This document shows positions 18,001-55,336 of a stretch of 64,000 nt of DNA, piece after piece. The translations under genes and the position numbers were made by a program. This DNA is from the human T2T-CHM13v2.0 reference genome, Homo sapiens. Under the pieces are notes generated by a model. It was not told where the DNA came from. It saw nothing but the letters and a program-made list of their open reading frames with translations, and did no database searches. Position 1 is the first letter of the stretch. Each line of letters begins with the position of its first letter. The stretch lies in the NCBI RefSeq assembly GCF_009914755.1, contig NC_060943.1, one strand, 5' to 3'.

Positions 18001-21000
18001 GATACTTGCTACCTTTCCATTTCCCGAAGTCAGAGAACACCACGCTGCTCCTCTCCTGTGTCCTGGCCACAATATACAGAGTAAAGACAGGAGAGTCCCT
18101 GAATCTGGGCAATTGTGGATCAGGTGGCATTTACATGTTTGGGTTTAGGGTCCTCTACTATTTTGGATAGGGTCAGAATCAAGAGTCCTTCATTTTGCAA
18201 TTTACACCATTCTGCTTTTCTGCAGAATAAATGGCATTTTAAGTTAATATCAAAAGTGCTGTAATGTTGAAGTAGAGAGCAAACTGGTCACACAGATTCA
18301 TGAAAAGTTCCACATCGGTTGCTAGTTGCCACACCGTGGTCTGGCCCAGGTTTCTGTCTGTGACAGAGACCTTAAGATGTTCACGGGACAGGCTATGTCA
18401 TATCACCACCCTGTTAGATGTAACATAGGTAAATCCAGCCCCAATCTGTAATCTCACATACACTTGTAGGGGACGTTACAGGATCCTCACACGTTTTCTT
18501 ACCAGCTCAAAAATGCTGCCCCCTCGTGCCTCTTCCGGAGCCATCTCTCCAACTTTCAAGGCAGCGTGGTGGTGTTCAGAGTTGAAAGGACTCTAAGGAC
18601 TGTCACTTAATGACTCTGGGTAAGTCCCTAACTTTGGTTCCACCACCTCCCATTAAGTCAGTAAGAAACAAAAGCATTTTATCCTCTGCTTGCCCCTGGA
18701 GACACCCACTGAGCAGCACCTATTACCTGATGCTGCTGGCTTCTGCACCTGCAAAAGGGGAGACTGGCTCCCCCACTCACAAGGCTGTTGGGGAGAAGCA
18801 GAACTCTCTGACAGGGTGCCACACAAACTAACAAAGCATACACCTTGGTTTAGAATTTTGTTAGTTGAGAAACTTCACACAATGTACCTTGCAAAGATAT
18901 ATTAAAAAAAAAAAACCCCTTCTAGAACAATTGACATTAGTCTCTGCTGTCCCTTCTAGGATCTGAACTTAGATCTGGAAGGAGCTTTATGGGGTGCATA
19001 CACCAGTTCCCAATCCCACCCTGTGGACAAGAAATCTGCAGGCAAACCAAGGTAAGCAACATCCAACCTTCCAATTCTTAGGTGGGAAAATGATCTTTCT
19101 TGCTGTGTCTCTCTGCAGAGTGCCTCGGTCACCTCTCCCTTGGTCTCTGTTGCCTGAAGAGCTGTGAAAAAGAAAGCAGCTCCCAAGGACGTTTCCCGCT
19201 CAGAGCCTGGCAGCTGGAGGCACTGACACACGCGGCCAGGGCTAGTTCAAGTCCCTCTTTGCTGCGGGACCTTCTCAGGCCTCTCCCTGGTCTGAACACA
19301 GGGCATTCACCTGCAGCTAGCAAGCCCTGCCCTGTGCGGTTATTTTACTTGCCATGAGGATGCAGTACACCGTCTACTATTCGTCGGACCTTTCCTCTAA
19401 AAGCTAAGTTTGTTAATCATCACTTAACATCTGTGTTCCTCACAGTTCTACTGAGTAGCATCTCAAGCCACCTGTGATTCTTCCACTCTCCAAAGTTCTG
19501 CATTAGAATATTCCACGACTGAACTCTTGGGCATAAAGTGGTCACAAAGGCTTCTTGGTAAAATGGGGCTCAAATGTAGCTCCTCAGGCACAGGTCCAAG
19601 ATGGATGCTAGGGTTCAGTCAGTTTAAGCAGCAGGTAGAAAGTGTGCCTAATGCTTCTGCTCTAGAGGGAGAAGACAAGACAGGAAACATCCCCAAGAAG
19701 CTTGCGTGCTGCACAGGAAGATAAAGCTCATACCTCCACAGAACGAGTGTCCCAGGCAGATGGGAACCGAATCACCTGCTGAGGAGACTGCTCACTATGA
19801 CTGCTGTGCGAGAGTAAGACACAGTCCTTCACTTTACCCACAATGCAGTGAGAGTAAGCTGGAACAATCATGCACACACTGCGCTTCGGAGAGATTTTCA
19901 ACACCCTGGGCTGAAAGGGTGCACGACGAAAAGAAAAGCTCCAACTGCTCTGAAAAACTGTTAGTAGCCTTTTCAAAAGGAGAGTAGAGGATTTACTTTA
20001 TTACTGAATTGGCAGAAATTATTAACTCTGAGCCTGCTGCTATAGGAATTCAAATGCATACTCCAGGGGCTAAAAGTGAGAGCACAGAAACTACTTTCCT
20101 CCTAAGAATTCCTTTGTCAAGGAGATGGTTGGTAAACACGACTTCGTCACTTCCCTAACTTTCCAGATACTTGTGGATATTAGGTCAGTTCCTGACACCG
20201 ATTTTGCAAGCAATAGCTAAGTTTGTTAACCATAATTGCATGCCCATAAAGGTAAGCATTACATGACACAATTCTCTGCCGCTTCTCTCAGAAGAGGTTT
20301 AATTTTAGTGTTGGCTCTTCAACACTGTCCCCGTTTTTTTTTTTTTCATGAGCATCTTAAATATGTGTCAACTAAATATCCAGTAGTGGAGTTCATCATT
20401 GGGCAGGGCAGAGAGGAGAGAGCGGCACGCCGGCAGCACCTGTGCTGGAGCCACCTGCTCTCACCTGAGCCCACATTGATCCAAGAGAAACTGCAGACGC
20501 ACTGACATGCCCGGCTCTCACCATCACCTCCGCCAGCAATCCTGTCCACCGCGGCTCTGTGTTTCTGCATGGTGTTTGCTCAAAGCAAACGGTCCTGTCA
20601 AATGGCCCATAACAGCGCTCAGAGGGTCAATCACAAAGGAGGCACTTTCCTCATTGTTCATAGTCAAGAAGATAACTTCCCAAATCCATCCACCCCATGT
20701 TAGTAGGACTCTGCCCAAGATCATCACTAAAGTCCCTGAAAATAAGCGGTATGAAATGCAAATTCCATGCCAGCTAACATAACCAGGGACCTATATAGCA
20801 TTTCTGCATGTGCTAAGACACACAAAACTAAGATTTGTTCCATCCTCCTTTCTTCTGCCTCAAGGAACCCTTTAGATTAGAACCCTATACAATACTGGAA
20901 ACTGTGAGGTCACTGGAGTGACCTAATCTACAACACTGTGATCGCCTGTCAAAGTGCCGCCTGATCCCAAAGCTCTCTGAGGTGGCATTAAGGATCAGTG

Positions 21001-22662
21001 CTAATATCTCAGCAACCTCTCAGACTCTCCAGAAGGAAAGCGAGTGCGTGAAATTAAAAAAATTACCTTCCGGCTCCACAAAAGATGCACAAGTCACCAA
21101 GGCTATTTTTTTCATGTCACTAGTTTTATCCTCTAATATTTCAGTCTTAAAATTGCAGTGACACCAGTTACTGCAAAAAGGACATTCTAGAAGGTTTTAT
21201 ATAGCTTGTGCCCACTCCACCCCCAAAGTCATAACAAAAATGTACAATATAACATTTGTTAAAGACAATTACCATCAAGTCAATGTTAATGGGACCTGAA
21301 TACCAGGGATAAGAGAAGTACTTATATCACAGCAACCAGAGCCTTCGAAAAAACTCATAACCCTTCAGTCTTAACCAAAAATTGTATAAGCCAATGTGAA
21401 TTATTCCCAAAACATCATCAGAGTGAAGCATATTGCTAAGAGTAATCAGCCAAGCTCATGTAAAAATGAAAGCAAAAACCCCTACGGTGAGAGAAACCTG
21501 AGTTACCTGGCCAAGCCAAAGATGATATTTTTCTTCCATTCACAGCACATTAAAAAGTGATCTCAATGGCCACTTCCTGGGAAGCAGGGCCTCCCCTCAT
21601 ACCTGGATGCTACTGCATCTTCCTACCGCCCTGCTCCTGCCGCGGGAAGAATGACCCCTACTGCCAAGAAACTCTTGGAGAAAATATGAGAATAGATCAG
21701 TCTTCCCCCCCACCCCCCCACCCCCGCAACAACACACACACACACACGGAAGGGGAGGGGGCGGTCCCTCCGCAAACAGTAGCCTCAGCAAAGGGGCACC
21801 CGAGGAAGCGACACTCTGGAGTTAACCCCGACAGTCTGGGTCAAAAACCACCAGGCTGAGACCCCCAGGTGAGGGAAAGAGCCTACTGAAACAGAGCTCT
21901 TGGGTAAACGGGAGAGAAAAGTCCTCTTTAATTCACTACCTAAAAAATGGAGCTCTGGCTTGGTCAGAGACGCAATGGGTACTGAGGCCCAGAAAGGCAA
22001 CAGGAAGGATCCCACCCTCCCCGAGATCATCTATCGTCGGCAGCGACCCCAAGAGGGTTTTGGCAAAGGCGTGTCTAGTCACAGAAGGGAGACAGACTCT
22101 CCACGTACCCTAGGTACCCGGCCAGGGGCAAAACAGACTGGGGGTTCTCTCCGAAGCCAGGAAGGTGCTGCCAGCCGAGAGGAGGGGGAAGAAGGACTTC
22201 CCTGATCACCCAGGAGGCCAAGACATGGGAGACATAGGTTCCCCGAGTCATACCCCGGACACCAGTTGCTTCACAGCCCTTCTCCCTCCCCTTCCCGCTC
22301 CGGGAGGGCTTCCCGGGGGTCTCGGGTCCCGGAGGGAGGGCGAGGCAGAGAAGCTTCGTCCAGAGCAGTGAGGGTCGTAGAGCTGGAGCAGAAAGGGAGG
22401 AAAAACTCTAGCCTCAGCTCCCCCGTCTGCTTCCTCCGCCCAGGCCGCACGGAAGCCTCGGCCTCACGTACCGAGCGCTGCCGGGCTGCCCGACCTGCCC
22501 CCGGCCCGGGCCCGAGAAGCGAGAGGCAGGGATGGCAGCGGCCCTCGAGGGGAGGTGGGCGCCAGACGGGTCCCCCGAAGCCCGGTGGGCGAGGGGTACA
22601 GGAGAGGGGGAGGGTCCCGGGCCCATGCGGCCTCCGTCCCAGCTCGCGCGGCGGGTACTTAC

Positions 22663-22734
22663 GTTGCTCTGGGGGTCGATGGCCTGCAGCAGCCGGTCCC
22701 TGATCTGCTGCGGAGACGCCGGAGCCGCTGTCAT
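22663..22734 (-). CDS. MED26: Mediator complex subunit 26, coding exon 1 (MTAAPASPQQIRDRLLQAIDPQSN, 72 nt, phase 0)
   Basis: Translation matches the MED26 N-terminus as I recall it. ATG at 22734, GTAAGT donor after 22663, inside a CpG island. Confidence 0.96.
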
Positions 22735-22804
22735 TGCCTGGGCGAGGCGGGGGGTTGCGGCCGGGCCAGCGGGCGGGCGGGCTGAGGCGGGGGACGGGGG
22801 TCAC

Positions 22805-22837
22805 TCACTCGCCGGCCTCCGGGAGCCGGAGCCGCAT
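22805..22837 (-). other. Upstream ORF in the MED26 5' UTR (MRLRLPEAGE*)
   Basis: GGAAC-ATG-CGG...GAG-TGA, A at -3, ending 70 nt before the MED26 ATG. Assumes the transcription start is upstream of 22837. Confidence 0.6.
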
Positions 22838-24638
22838 GTTCCCCGCGGCGCCGGGGGGTTGGGGGCGCGCGGGGTGGCGGAGAGGGGAGCCGGGGCCGGG
22901 TCTCGGTCCCGGGCCGCCGCCGCCACCAAAGGAGGAGGAGGAGCCGCCGGAGCCGCCGCCGCTCGCTGCCGCCGCCTCGAGAACCAAACTCCAGTGAGCT
23001 GCCCCCGCGCGGAGTACTCTGGGTAGTCCGCGCCGCACGCAGCGTCGGCGCCACGCTGAGGAGGTTGGGAGATGGGGCGGGCGGAGACGCCAGGCCTGGG
23101 CGGGGCTGCCCGTGTGCCACGCCCCGCGCCTCCGCGCAAGCGCGCGCAGGCGCACTCGTCCGCCCGTGACGCCCCGCCCAGCCGCCCGGCCTAGGCAGCC
23201 GTTGGGAGGAGGTTGGGCGGGGCAACGGCCCCCGTCCAGGTCACGGGGCGGGGCTTTCTGACGGAAGCGCGCGCGCAAAGAGTCCTTGAACCCGGACGCT
23301 CGCAGCGGCTACCTCGGGGCGGGGAGGGCGGCGGGAAAATCCTTCCTCTGGGAGAGCCTTCCCGGCGCGTGACTGGGGGACGGGAGTCGCAGGCTGAGCA
23401 GCTGCCGAGTTTTTTGTGAGGGCGAGGGAACCAGACGTCCACGTTGTGATTCTGCGCGCAGAAGGGTCATCGGAGTCCGGGGGTGTCGCCGCGGCCCCCC
23501 CGCCCCTCAGAGGGTGTGGGAATGGGTGTGGTGGCAGGGCGGGGGTCTGCACCGCCACGCGCGACCCCGATCGCGAAAACGTGAGGCGGCAAAGCGCCTC
23601 TGGCAGAAGCCGCCCGCCGTAGCTGGGAAAGCCGGAGGTTGCAAATCTGCGTCTACGCGGCGGCTTCTCCACCTCGGCACCACTGGCATTTGGGCGGGAT
23701 CGCTCTGTCTTCGGGGCGGGTCCCCCGATCTGTCGGAAGTTGAGCGGCATCTCTGGCCTCCGAAGCGCCCCCTCCCCCAATCTGCAGTCATTGCCGCCGT
23801 CCCTTGTGGGGGCACAGTCCCCCCGCCCCCCCACCGGCAGAGAACCCCGTGATTGAAAGACCCTTCTACCCGCCTCTGCCTTGAGATTCTGTAAAACTGA
23901 GATGCTCATTCTCTTAACCAAACACGTCACAGAGGAGGAAACGGAGGCCCAAGGTCACCTAGACTTCGGGGTTAAGCCCAGAACCGCAGATGTCAAGTTT
24001 AAGGGCGCCCCTCCTCCCTCCACCCTGTTTATTGCCTTGGTAATTGCTCCCCTCTCTCTGGGAGCTCTGTTGGAAATGCTCTTGTGAGACGGGATGGAAA
24101 GGCAAGCTCGGCGGCCTCGGGAGAAATCTTTTTTTTCCCACTGTTACAGGAAGACCTAGATTTAAAACAGGAGGAAGACAGCTGATGAGAACCACATGTG
24201 TGCCTTGGAGCTGCCCGACACCTGTTAGTCTTGTATTTGTTGTGCTTCTGGGAAATATTTTCATTTGCAAAAACGGCTGCTTCTGCACGTGGCTATGGTT
24301 GCGTGCTTCTGCACATGTGAAAAGTTTTACATCACACTTGGAGGAGAAAAGAAACACGGGCAAAACACTTGTCATTTACTGCTCCCAACCTCGCCCCTCC
24401 CAGAATGCGGTGCATTGTGTACATGGTGTACATGGTCCAAGTTGGAAACTGGCCCATTCGGAGATAATTCTCTCATTTCTGATAAGCAAAATAAGCAAAG
24501 CCTTCCTCAGGCATATTCTGGTCTTGCCTCTCTCTTAATTTCTAACTCGGATGTACAGTATCTTTTTTTTTTTTTAATAAAGTATTACATAGGAGGCAAT
24601 TTATTTTGCATGGGTCAGGTTATTTTAAGAAACATTTG

Positions 24639-26224
<1,586 letters not shown>

Positions 26225-26519
26225 TCAGAGTCCATGACTTGCTCTTGCCATGGGAAAAGGCAAGGAAGTTAGTGTCAGGAGGTCAAGTGCAGAGCATCTT
26301 CAGCCAACCTGGACAGTGAGGGAGTAGAAGGATGCTTCTCCCTGGACTCACTGCTGTGGCCTAAGCAGGAACCGGGATATTCAAGAGCACTGCAGAGGAA
26401 GCCGTGACGAGGCAGGTTCACACAGCTGTACAGGAATAGTCTTCCACAGCGACACCTTGTAATAGCCAGGAGCAACAGCAGGAATGCGCTCATCAGACAT
26501 GTCAGAAGCAAGCCCCTGA

Positions 26520-31442
<4,923 letters not shown>

Positions 31443-31460
31443 GGCTTTAAAGAAAAAGCT

Positions 31461-34212
<2,752 letters not shown>

Positions 34213-34391
34213 ATAAGATGTCATTTTTAAAAAACTGTCTAGTCCAGAGATCAGTAAACTTTTCCATAAAGGGTCAGAAAGTAAATAGGTTCAGCTTTGC
34301 AGGCTGAATGGTTTCTGTTGCAAGGACTCAATCCTGCCCTTATAGTGCTAAAGGAGCCAAGGATGATATACAAACTAATGAGCACAACAGC

Positions 34392-34732
34392 TGATATAAT
34401 TTGCCTGTGTCCCCACCCAAATCTCATCTTGAGTTGTAGTTCCCATAATCCCCATGTGTGGTGGCAGAGACCTGGGGGCAGGTAACTGAATCATGGGGTG
34501 GTTCCCCCATGCTATTCTAGTGATAGTAAGTTCTCACGAGATCTGATGTTTTTATAAGGGGCATCCACTTCACTCAGCTCTCATTCTTCTCCTACCTGCC
34601 ACCATGGGTAGAAGGATATGTTTGTTTCCCCATCCGCCATGACTGTAAGTTTCCTGGGGTCTCCCCAGCCGTGCATAACTGTGAGTCAATTAAACCTCTT
34701 TTGTTTATAAATTACCCAGTCTCAGGCAATCT
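34392..34732 (+). mobile_element. THE1-type MaLR solo LTR
   Basis: tgatataatttgcctgtgtccccacccaaatctcatcttgagttgtagttcccataatcccc...aattacccagtctcagg matches the THE1/MST consensus. Confidence 0.8.
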
Positions 34733-34736
34733 TTCG

Positions 34737-40769
<6,033 letters not shown>

Positions 40770-40957
40770 TGACCATCATTTATTGAGCTAAATCCAAAAA
40801 GGAAACTCTACCACTGACTCTTTTCTTTCTCATGGCCTCCAAAATGAATCCTAGGTTTTTCCAGCAGGGTAAATTCAAAAGGACTCAGGTTGGAAATTGA
40901 CTTCTTGGTTAAAAAAAAAAAAAAAGTATAAACAAAAGGTCCTTTTTAGAAATGAGG

Positions 40958-40963
40958 TTTATT
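40958..40963 (-). terminator. SMIM7: SMIM7 distal poly(A) signal AATAAA
   Basis: + strand tttatt, followed on the minus strand by TTTTGTTTATAC and a long T run (U-rich downstream element). Confidence 0.7.
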
Positions 40964-41375
40964 TTCAAGGCTACTCAGTCCTAAAAGCCTGCATATTTAC
41001 TTTTTTTCCTTCCTCCAGGTTTACCTCCAAGTCAGGATTTCAAAAACCACCAACATTCAGGCTCATTCTTATTGGTATAAACAAACAAACAAAAAAACCA
41101 GACAACAAAAAACTCAACAAGCAAATCACACAGTTGTGGGATTCAGCGCCAACCCCGGGCGTTTCATTTTGGCAACAAAACCAGGATTCCCTTTCAAAGA
41201 AGCTTCTGGAAAATGCTGTATTTCCTAGATGAAGGCCCCTGGTTTTTCAACCTCAAAATCACCTACTCAAAAAGCAGACTCAGAAACCCAAGGTTTTAGA
41301 ACATGGTCCCAATGTACCACATCATAAAATCACTCTCATTCCTGCAACTGTACAATGAATGGCTCCCAAAGTCAT

Positions 41376-41381
41376 TTTATT
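41376..41381 (-). terminator. SMIM7: SMIM7 proximal poly(A) signal AATAAA
   Basis: + strand tttatt within the 3' UTR. Confidence 0.5.
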
Positions 41382-42037
41382 TAACAAAGGGGTCAAGGCA
41401 GAGGAAAGTTTCCCTTAATATCCCCACAACTGCTCCACATGTCTTCTGTGGAAACACTTCACCAGGAACTAGCTCAACACTCTTGCTAACAATTTAGTGT
41501 CTATACAGGAAGGCTGGTGTCTCTGTTACAGGTGGCCCGTTCCTTAAAGCCTTTAGGGTTAATCGCAGCTGCACTGAGTGGCCAAGCAGACCCTGTTGGG
41601 ATGTGAAAGCAGTTTGTTAACAGGGCCCCTGGCCGGGCCCAGAGGCTGTCAGACTCAGCAAGTAACACTGAATGTCCAAAAATACGGCTGTGTTAAACTA
41701 ACAAGCCAATCCTTCTGCTCAGATCTCTGGATAGAAATGATTTTTCTTTTATCTATGGGGAATGCAATTTCATCACAGCCCCTTACATAAACGCTCCTGA
41801 AACCCTTTCAGTAGACAGCATTTCAATTCAGAGACCAAAGTGAAACTATCTTTGAAAACAGGGACGTGGCTGGGAAACCATGCACACCTCGGCGAACACT
41901 TTTCCACCCACCACGAGCTTGGACTTTCTGGGAAGGTTGTCGGTTTTCTGGTCAAAAACATTCTTGAAGTCATCAGGAATGGAGGAATGGAGACTCGGCA
42001 TCCCGGGAAAGTGAGTTCCTGGTTTCATCGCTGGGAT

Positions 42038-42053
42038 TCAAGAGCCGAACAGC
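42038..42053 (-). CDS. SMIM7: SMIM7 coding exon 5 (G CTG TTC GGC TCT TGA; ..VLFGS*)
   Basis: Acceptor ctgacttctccag. Completes the 228-nt, 75-aa ORF in phase with exon 4. Confidence 0.94.
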
Positions 42054-42225
42054 CTGGAGAAGTCAGAGGGCAGAAATGTCTGTGAGGATAGGAGGTGACT
42101 GTTCTAAAAATATTGTCAGCGATTATTTTACATGACTATTACCTATTACTTAGATGATTTTACATGATTGTCTGATTTTTTAAAGTAACCTGTGATCCAC
42201 CTGTGAATATAATTAACAATACTGA

Positions 42226-45596
<3,371 letters not shown>

Positions 45597-46429
45597 CTAC
45601 CCCATCTGGAGTGGATCCTTCCAACTCCCTGGCTAAACAGTGTTTCACTCCCATACTTAAGGCACTCATTTAAGGTTTATCCATGGTTACTGCATGCACA
45701 TTACACAGCTGAAGTTAGGCTGCACAGACATAGTACCCTCCGGCCTTCTTCACTTTCAGAACGTTTCATTTCCCCATGCAGACAGAACCTTCTGGCACAT
45801 CATCAGTGATGGTATTGTGACAGCCAGTCACATGGGCATCCTTCAAGTTACCTGATCCTTCCCCTGTTCTTGGACACTTAGGTGATTTCCAGTTTTTAAA
45901 TATCCTGGGAAAGCCAGTCACTACCTCCCTGAGAGGGCCCTTTCTTGAGAGAATCTTCTCTCACCCATGGCCCCCAGTGAAAGAGTTGGCCTGGGTCAGA
46001 GGTTGGCACATTTTCTCTGTAATGGGTGACTGTTTACTAACAGTTCTGGCTCTGCAAGCCATGTCATCTCTGTCACACAACTCAACTCCACCGCTGTGAC
46101 ACAGAAGCAGCCACACACATGAACTTTTGCGAAGTTCATTCACAAAAACAGGCAGTGGGGAGATTTGGCCTGTGGTCTGATGACCCTTGACCTAAGTGGT
46201 TATGGCAGAATCAAGAACCCCCACCCCAAATGGACCAGAGTGACACCAAGGTGGGTCAATCAGACTCTGCCCCAGGAAACAAAATCAGGACCCTGGGCTA
46301 CTGACTATGCAGGTCTTGGAAAGTTGAGCTGGGAGGATGCCCGAGGCTGCTGTTCTGGTCACAGACTAGCAGATGAGGGAGTGAAGATGCTGGTCAAACA
46401 GGAGAGGATGATGAAGCAGGTGCACAGGA

Positions 46430-48939
<2,510 letters not shown>

Positions 48940-49823
48940 TTATGGCACAGCTAACATCCCATCCCTACTGCCACCTCAGCAGTGGATTTTTGTGACTTCC
49001 ACCCACCCGGCGCTTGCTGCCTCCAACTTCGGCAACAGTGTGGCTTTTCCTTTTGGTTTCTCCCTCTTCCCTACCCTCATCAGGCTGTGTCTACCACTGA
49101 CCAATCCCCTGAAAGCACCAAGCCCCTCTGCCTCTGATTGGCTCAAGAAGGGGCATGTGACCCAAGTCTGTCCAATGAGAGTCCACCCTGGGACTTTTCC
49201 CCCAACTACTGGGAAAGAGATACCTTCTGCCAGGCTTACTGAGCTGGGAAGATGTAAGCTCAGTAAGCTCAGTGCCCACAGGCCAAATCCAGCAGCCTCT
49301 TCCACCTGTTTTTGGATGGCCTATGAGCTAATAGTTTTTACTTTTTTTTAAAATATAAAGATGGGGTTTTGCTATGTTCCCCAGGTGGGTCTTGAACTCC
49401 TGGCTTCAAGTGATCCTCCCGCCTAAGCCTCTCAAAGTGTTGAGATTACAGGCATGAGTCTCCATACCCGGCTGGTTTTTACATTAAAAAAAAAAGAAAG
49501 AAGACTATTTTGTGAGACACAAAAATTACAAGAAATTCAAATCTCAGTGTCAATGAATAAAGTTTTATGGCACACAGCCATACCCATTCATTTACATATC
49601 ATGTCCTGCTGCTTTTGTACTACAACAGCAGAGCTGAGTCACATTGTTGTGCCAGACAGACACCATATGGCCCGCAAAGCCCTCAGATATTTACTATGTG
49701 GCCCTCTACAGAAAAACATGCCAACCCCTGCTCTGGGGTCATCTTTGCCAACCCTAACCAGTCTCACAGTAAAACCAACATAAAAGAAAGGGGAATTGAG
49801 AGCTGCAGAGAGTCAGATACTGA

Positions 49824-49865
49824 CTCTAACCCTAACCCTAACCCCAACTCCAACCCCAACCCTAA
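49824..49865 (+). repeat. Short degenerate telomere-like (CCCTAA)n tract
   Basis: CTCTAA CCCTAA CCCTAA CCCCAA CTCCAA CCCCAA CCCTAA. Confidence 0.8.
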
Positions 49866-50190
49866 TCTTGAAGGACTGGTTTGACACCTAAACCCAGGGT
49901 GCCTGAAAACAATTCTGTTGGATGTTTCAATTTGCTTTAACCACTTTGAGCTGGGTTTGCAGTGTTTGTAACTGAAAGCATCCTAATTCAGGCAAGTGAA
50001 AGGGAAGGTGTTTCTTGGTGATGACTTACTCTGGTCCCCTTGAATGCCAAGGAACAGAAACCCCTCCGAGGGAAGGCAATTTAGTACGTGAAGACTCCAG
50101 AGACCTGGGTTCTAGACCCTTCTTCCAGGGTTTCCAGTCAATCACTCTCCCTCTCAAGCCCTCCAGAATGAAAAGAATGGGTCCAGATTA

Positions 50191-54110
<3,920 letters not shown>

Positions 54111-54186
54111 ACGAAGGTAGGGCTTGGCGAAACAGAACTGTCCTCTGAAGTGGACCATGCAATTCCAGGATCCAATTAGACCTTAC

Positions 54187-54239
54187 CTGTGCTGGGCTCC
54201 CTGGACTCCTCCCCAAAGCCCTGCGTGTCCTTCTTTTTC
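54187..54239 (-). CDS. SMIM7: SMIM7 coding exon 3 (53 nt; L KKKDTQGFGEESREPST G)
   Basis: ctctttgtag acceptor, gtaagg donor, phases consistent. Confidence 0.96.
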
Positions 54240-54750
54240 CTACAAAGAGGAGCAGACAGTGTCCACTTTCAATGGGACATAGAGTCCTCAGCCCCCTGAC
54301 CCCCAGCTCAGAAGGCCACAAACACTAAGTTTCAGCCCTGGCCCTGCCGCAAACTTGCTGTGTGACCTCTGACGTTCAATACCCTTCTCTGGGCCCCCAC
54401 TGCCCGGACAATCACAGCCAGGTCAGCAGCCACCGACCGTTTACAAAGTGGCCCGACAGTGCGGGTGCAGGGCGGAAGGTCCGCGGTGGGGCTATTTCTT
54501 GGGGGATGGGGCTTAAGCTCTCCAGGAAGGTGAACAGAGGGACAACCAAGGAACGGAGAGTATGGGTTTAAGGTCTCTCGGGGGGTGGGGGGCGAGGAAG
54601 ATAAACCAGGCTGGAGGCGTGCCCAGAGGGCGGATAGGGCGGGGCCTGCGGCTTGGGGGCGGGGCCTGAGAAGTGCGCCGAGATCACGCTTATGAGGGCG
54701 GGGCTACGGGTTCCCCGGATGGAGCCGCAGTCCGGCCGCGACCTACTCAC

Positions 54751-54792
54751 AGCTTAAAGTTCAGCACCGCCCCGGCATTCATCAGCAACGTC
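54751..54792 (-). CDS. SMIM7: SMIM7 coding exon 2 (42 nt; G TLLMNAGAVLNFK L)
   Basis: ctctgcag acceptor, gtgagt donor; follows the 84-nt intron 1. Confidence 0.96.
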
Positions 54793-54876
54793 CTGCAGAG
54801 GGAGAATTACAGTTACTAGGGGCGCCCCCGCGTCCTGCCTGGCTCTCTCTTCCCAGCCTCTGGTCCCCCTAATTAC

Positions 54877-54902
54877 CCGAACAGCAGGATGTCTCCGATC
54901 AT
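54877..54902 (-). CDS. SMIM7: Small integral membrane protein 7, coding exon 1 (26 nt; MIGDILLFG)
   Basis: ATG ATC GGA GAC ATC CTG CTG TTC GG|gtaatt. The five exons assemble to [75 protein letters not shown] (75 aa). Confidence 0.96.
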
Positions 54903-55336
54903 CGTTACGGCCGAAGCGTCCGTCAGAACCGGAAGCGGAAGCCCCAGGGAGGGAGGGGAGAGGAGCACAAGCCGACCAATCCTAAAGCAACAGTGGCGAG
55001 GGCTGGGCCAATCGAAGGTCAAGGCTGGGAGGGTCCCGCCCTCTGCAGGCCAGACCCCCTTAGGGGAGCGCGAGCGCCCCACCTCGCTGGGGAGGCCCCG
55101 AGAGCCAGAATGGGAGGAGCGGGGTCTCCTGGGGGCGGGATTGGGTCACGCGTTCGAAGCGTGCCGCGCATGCGTGAGGTCTCGATGCCGTAGGGTTAGC
55201 TGGGCAGCAATTCCTACTCACTTTCTGGGGTCCCAAATTGGGCTTCTGGACAAAAGGAATCCTTTGACTCCTGAGCTGCACAGGGTGCGGGGTCCTGACG
55301 CAGTGGGGTCCCTAGAAACGGGTGCCCCAACCAACT

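Larger units (their letters stand above)
22250..23900. promoter_or_regulatory. MED26: MED26 CpG-island promoter (TATA-less)
   Basis: Very high GC and CpG density around exon 1. Tandem NRF1-like GCGCAAGCGC/GCGCAGGCGCA 23134-23154, GC/KLF boxes (gccacgcccc 23116-23125) and ETS acggaag ~23261. Confidence 0.88.
40940..42037 (-). other. SMIM7: SMIM7 3' UTR (terminal exon)
   Basis: Repeat-free sequence following the stop codon and ending at AATAAA plus a U-rich element. The 3' end is inferred. Confidence 0.75.

Noticed and set aside
22266-23930. Long overlapping Pro/Arg/Gly/Ala-rich ORFs (up to 229 aa) around MED26 exon 1
   Set aside because: Stop-codon scarcity in a CpG island. Only the 72-nt exon and the uORF have support.
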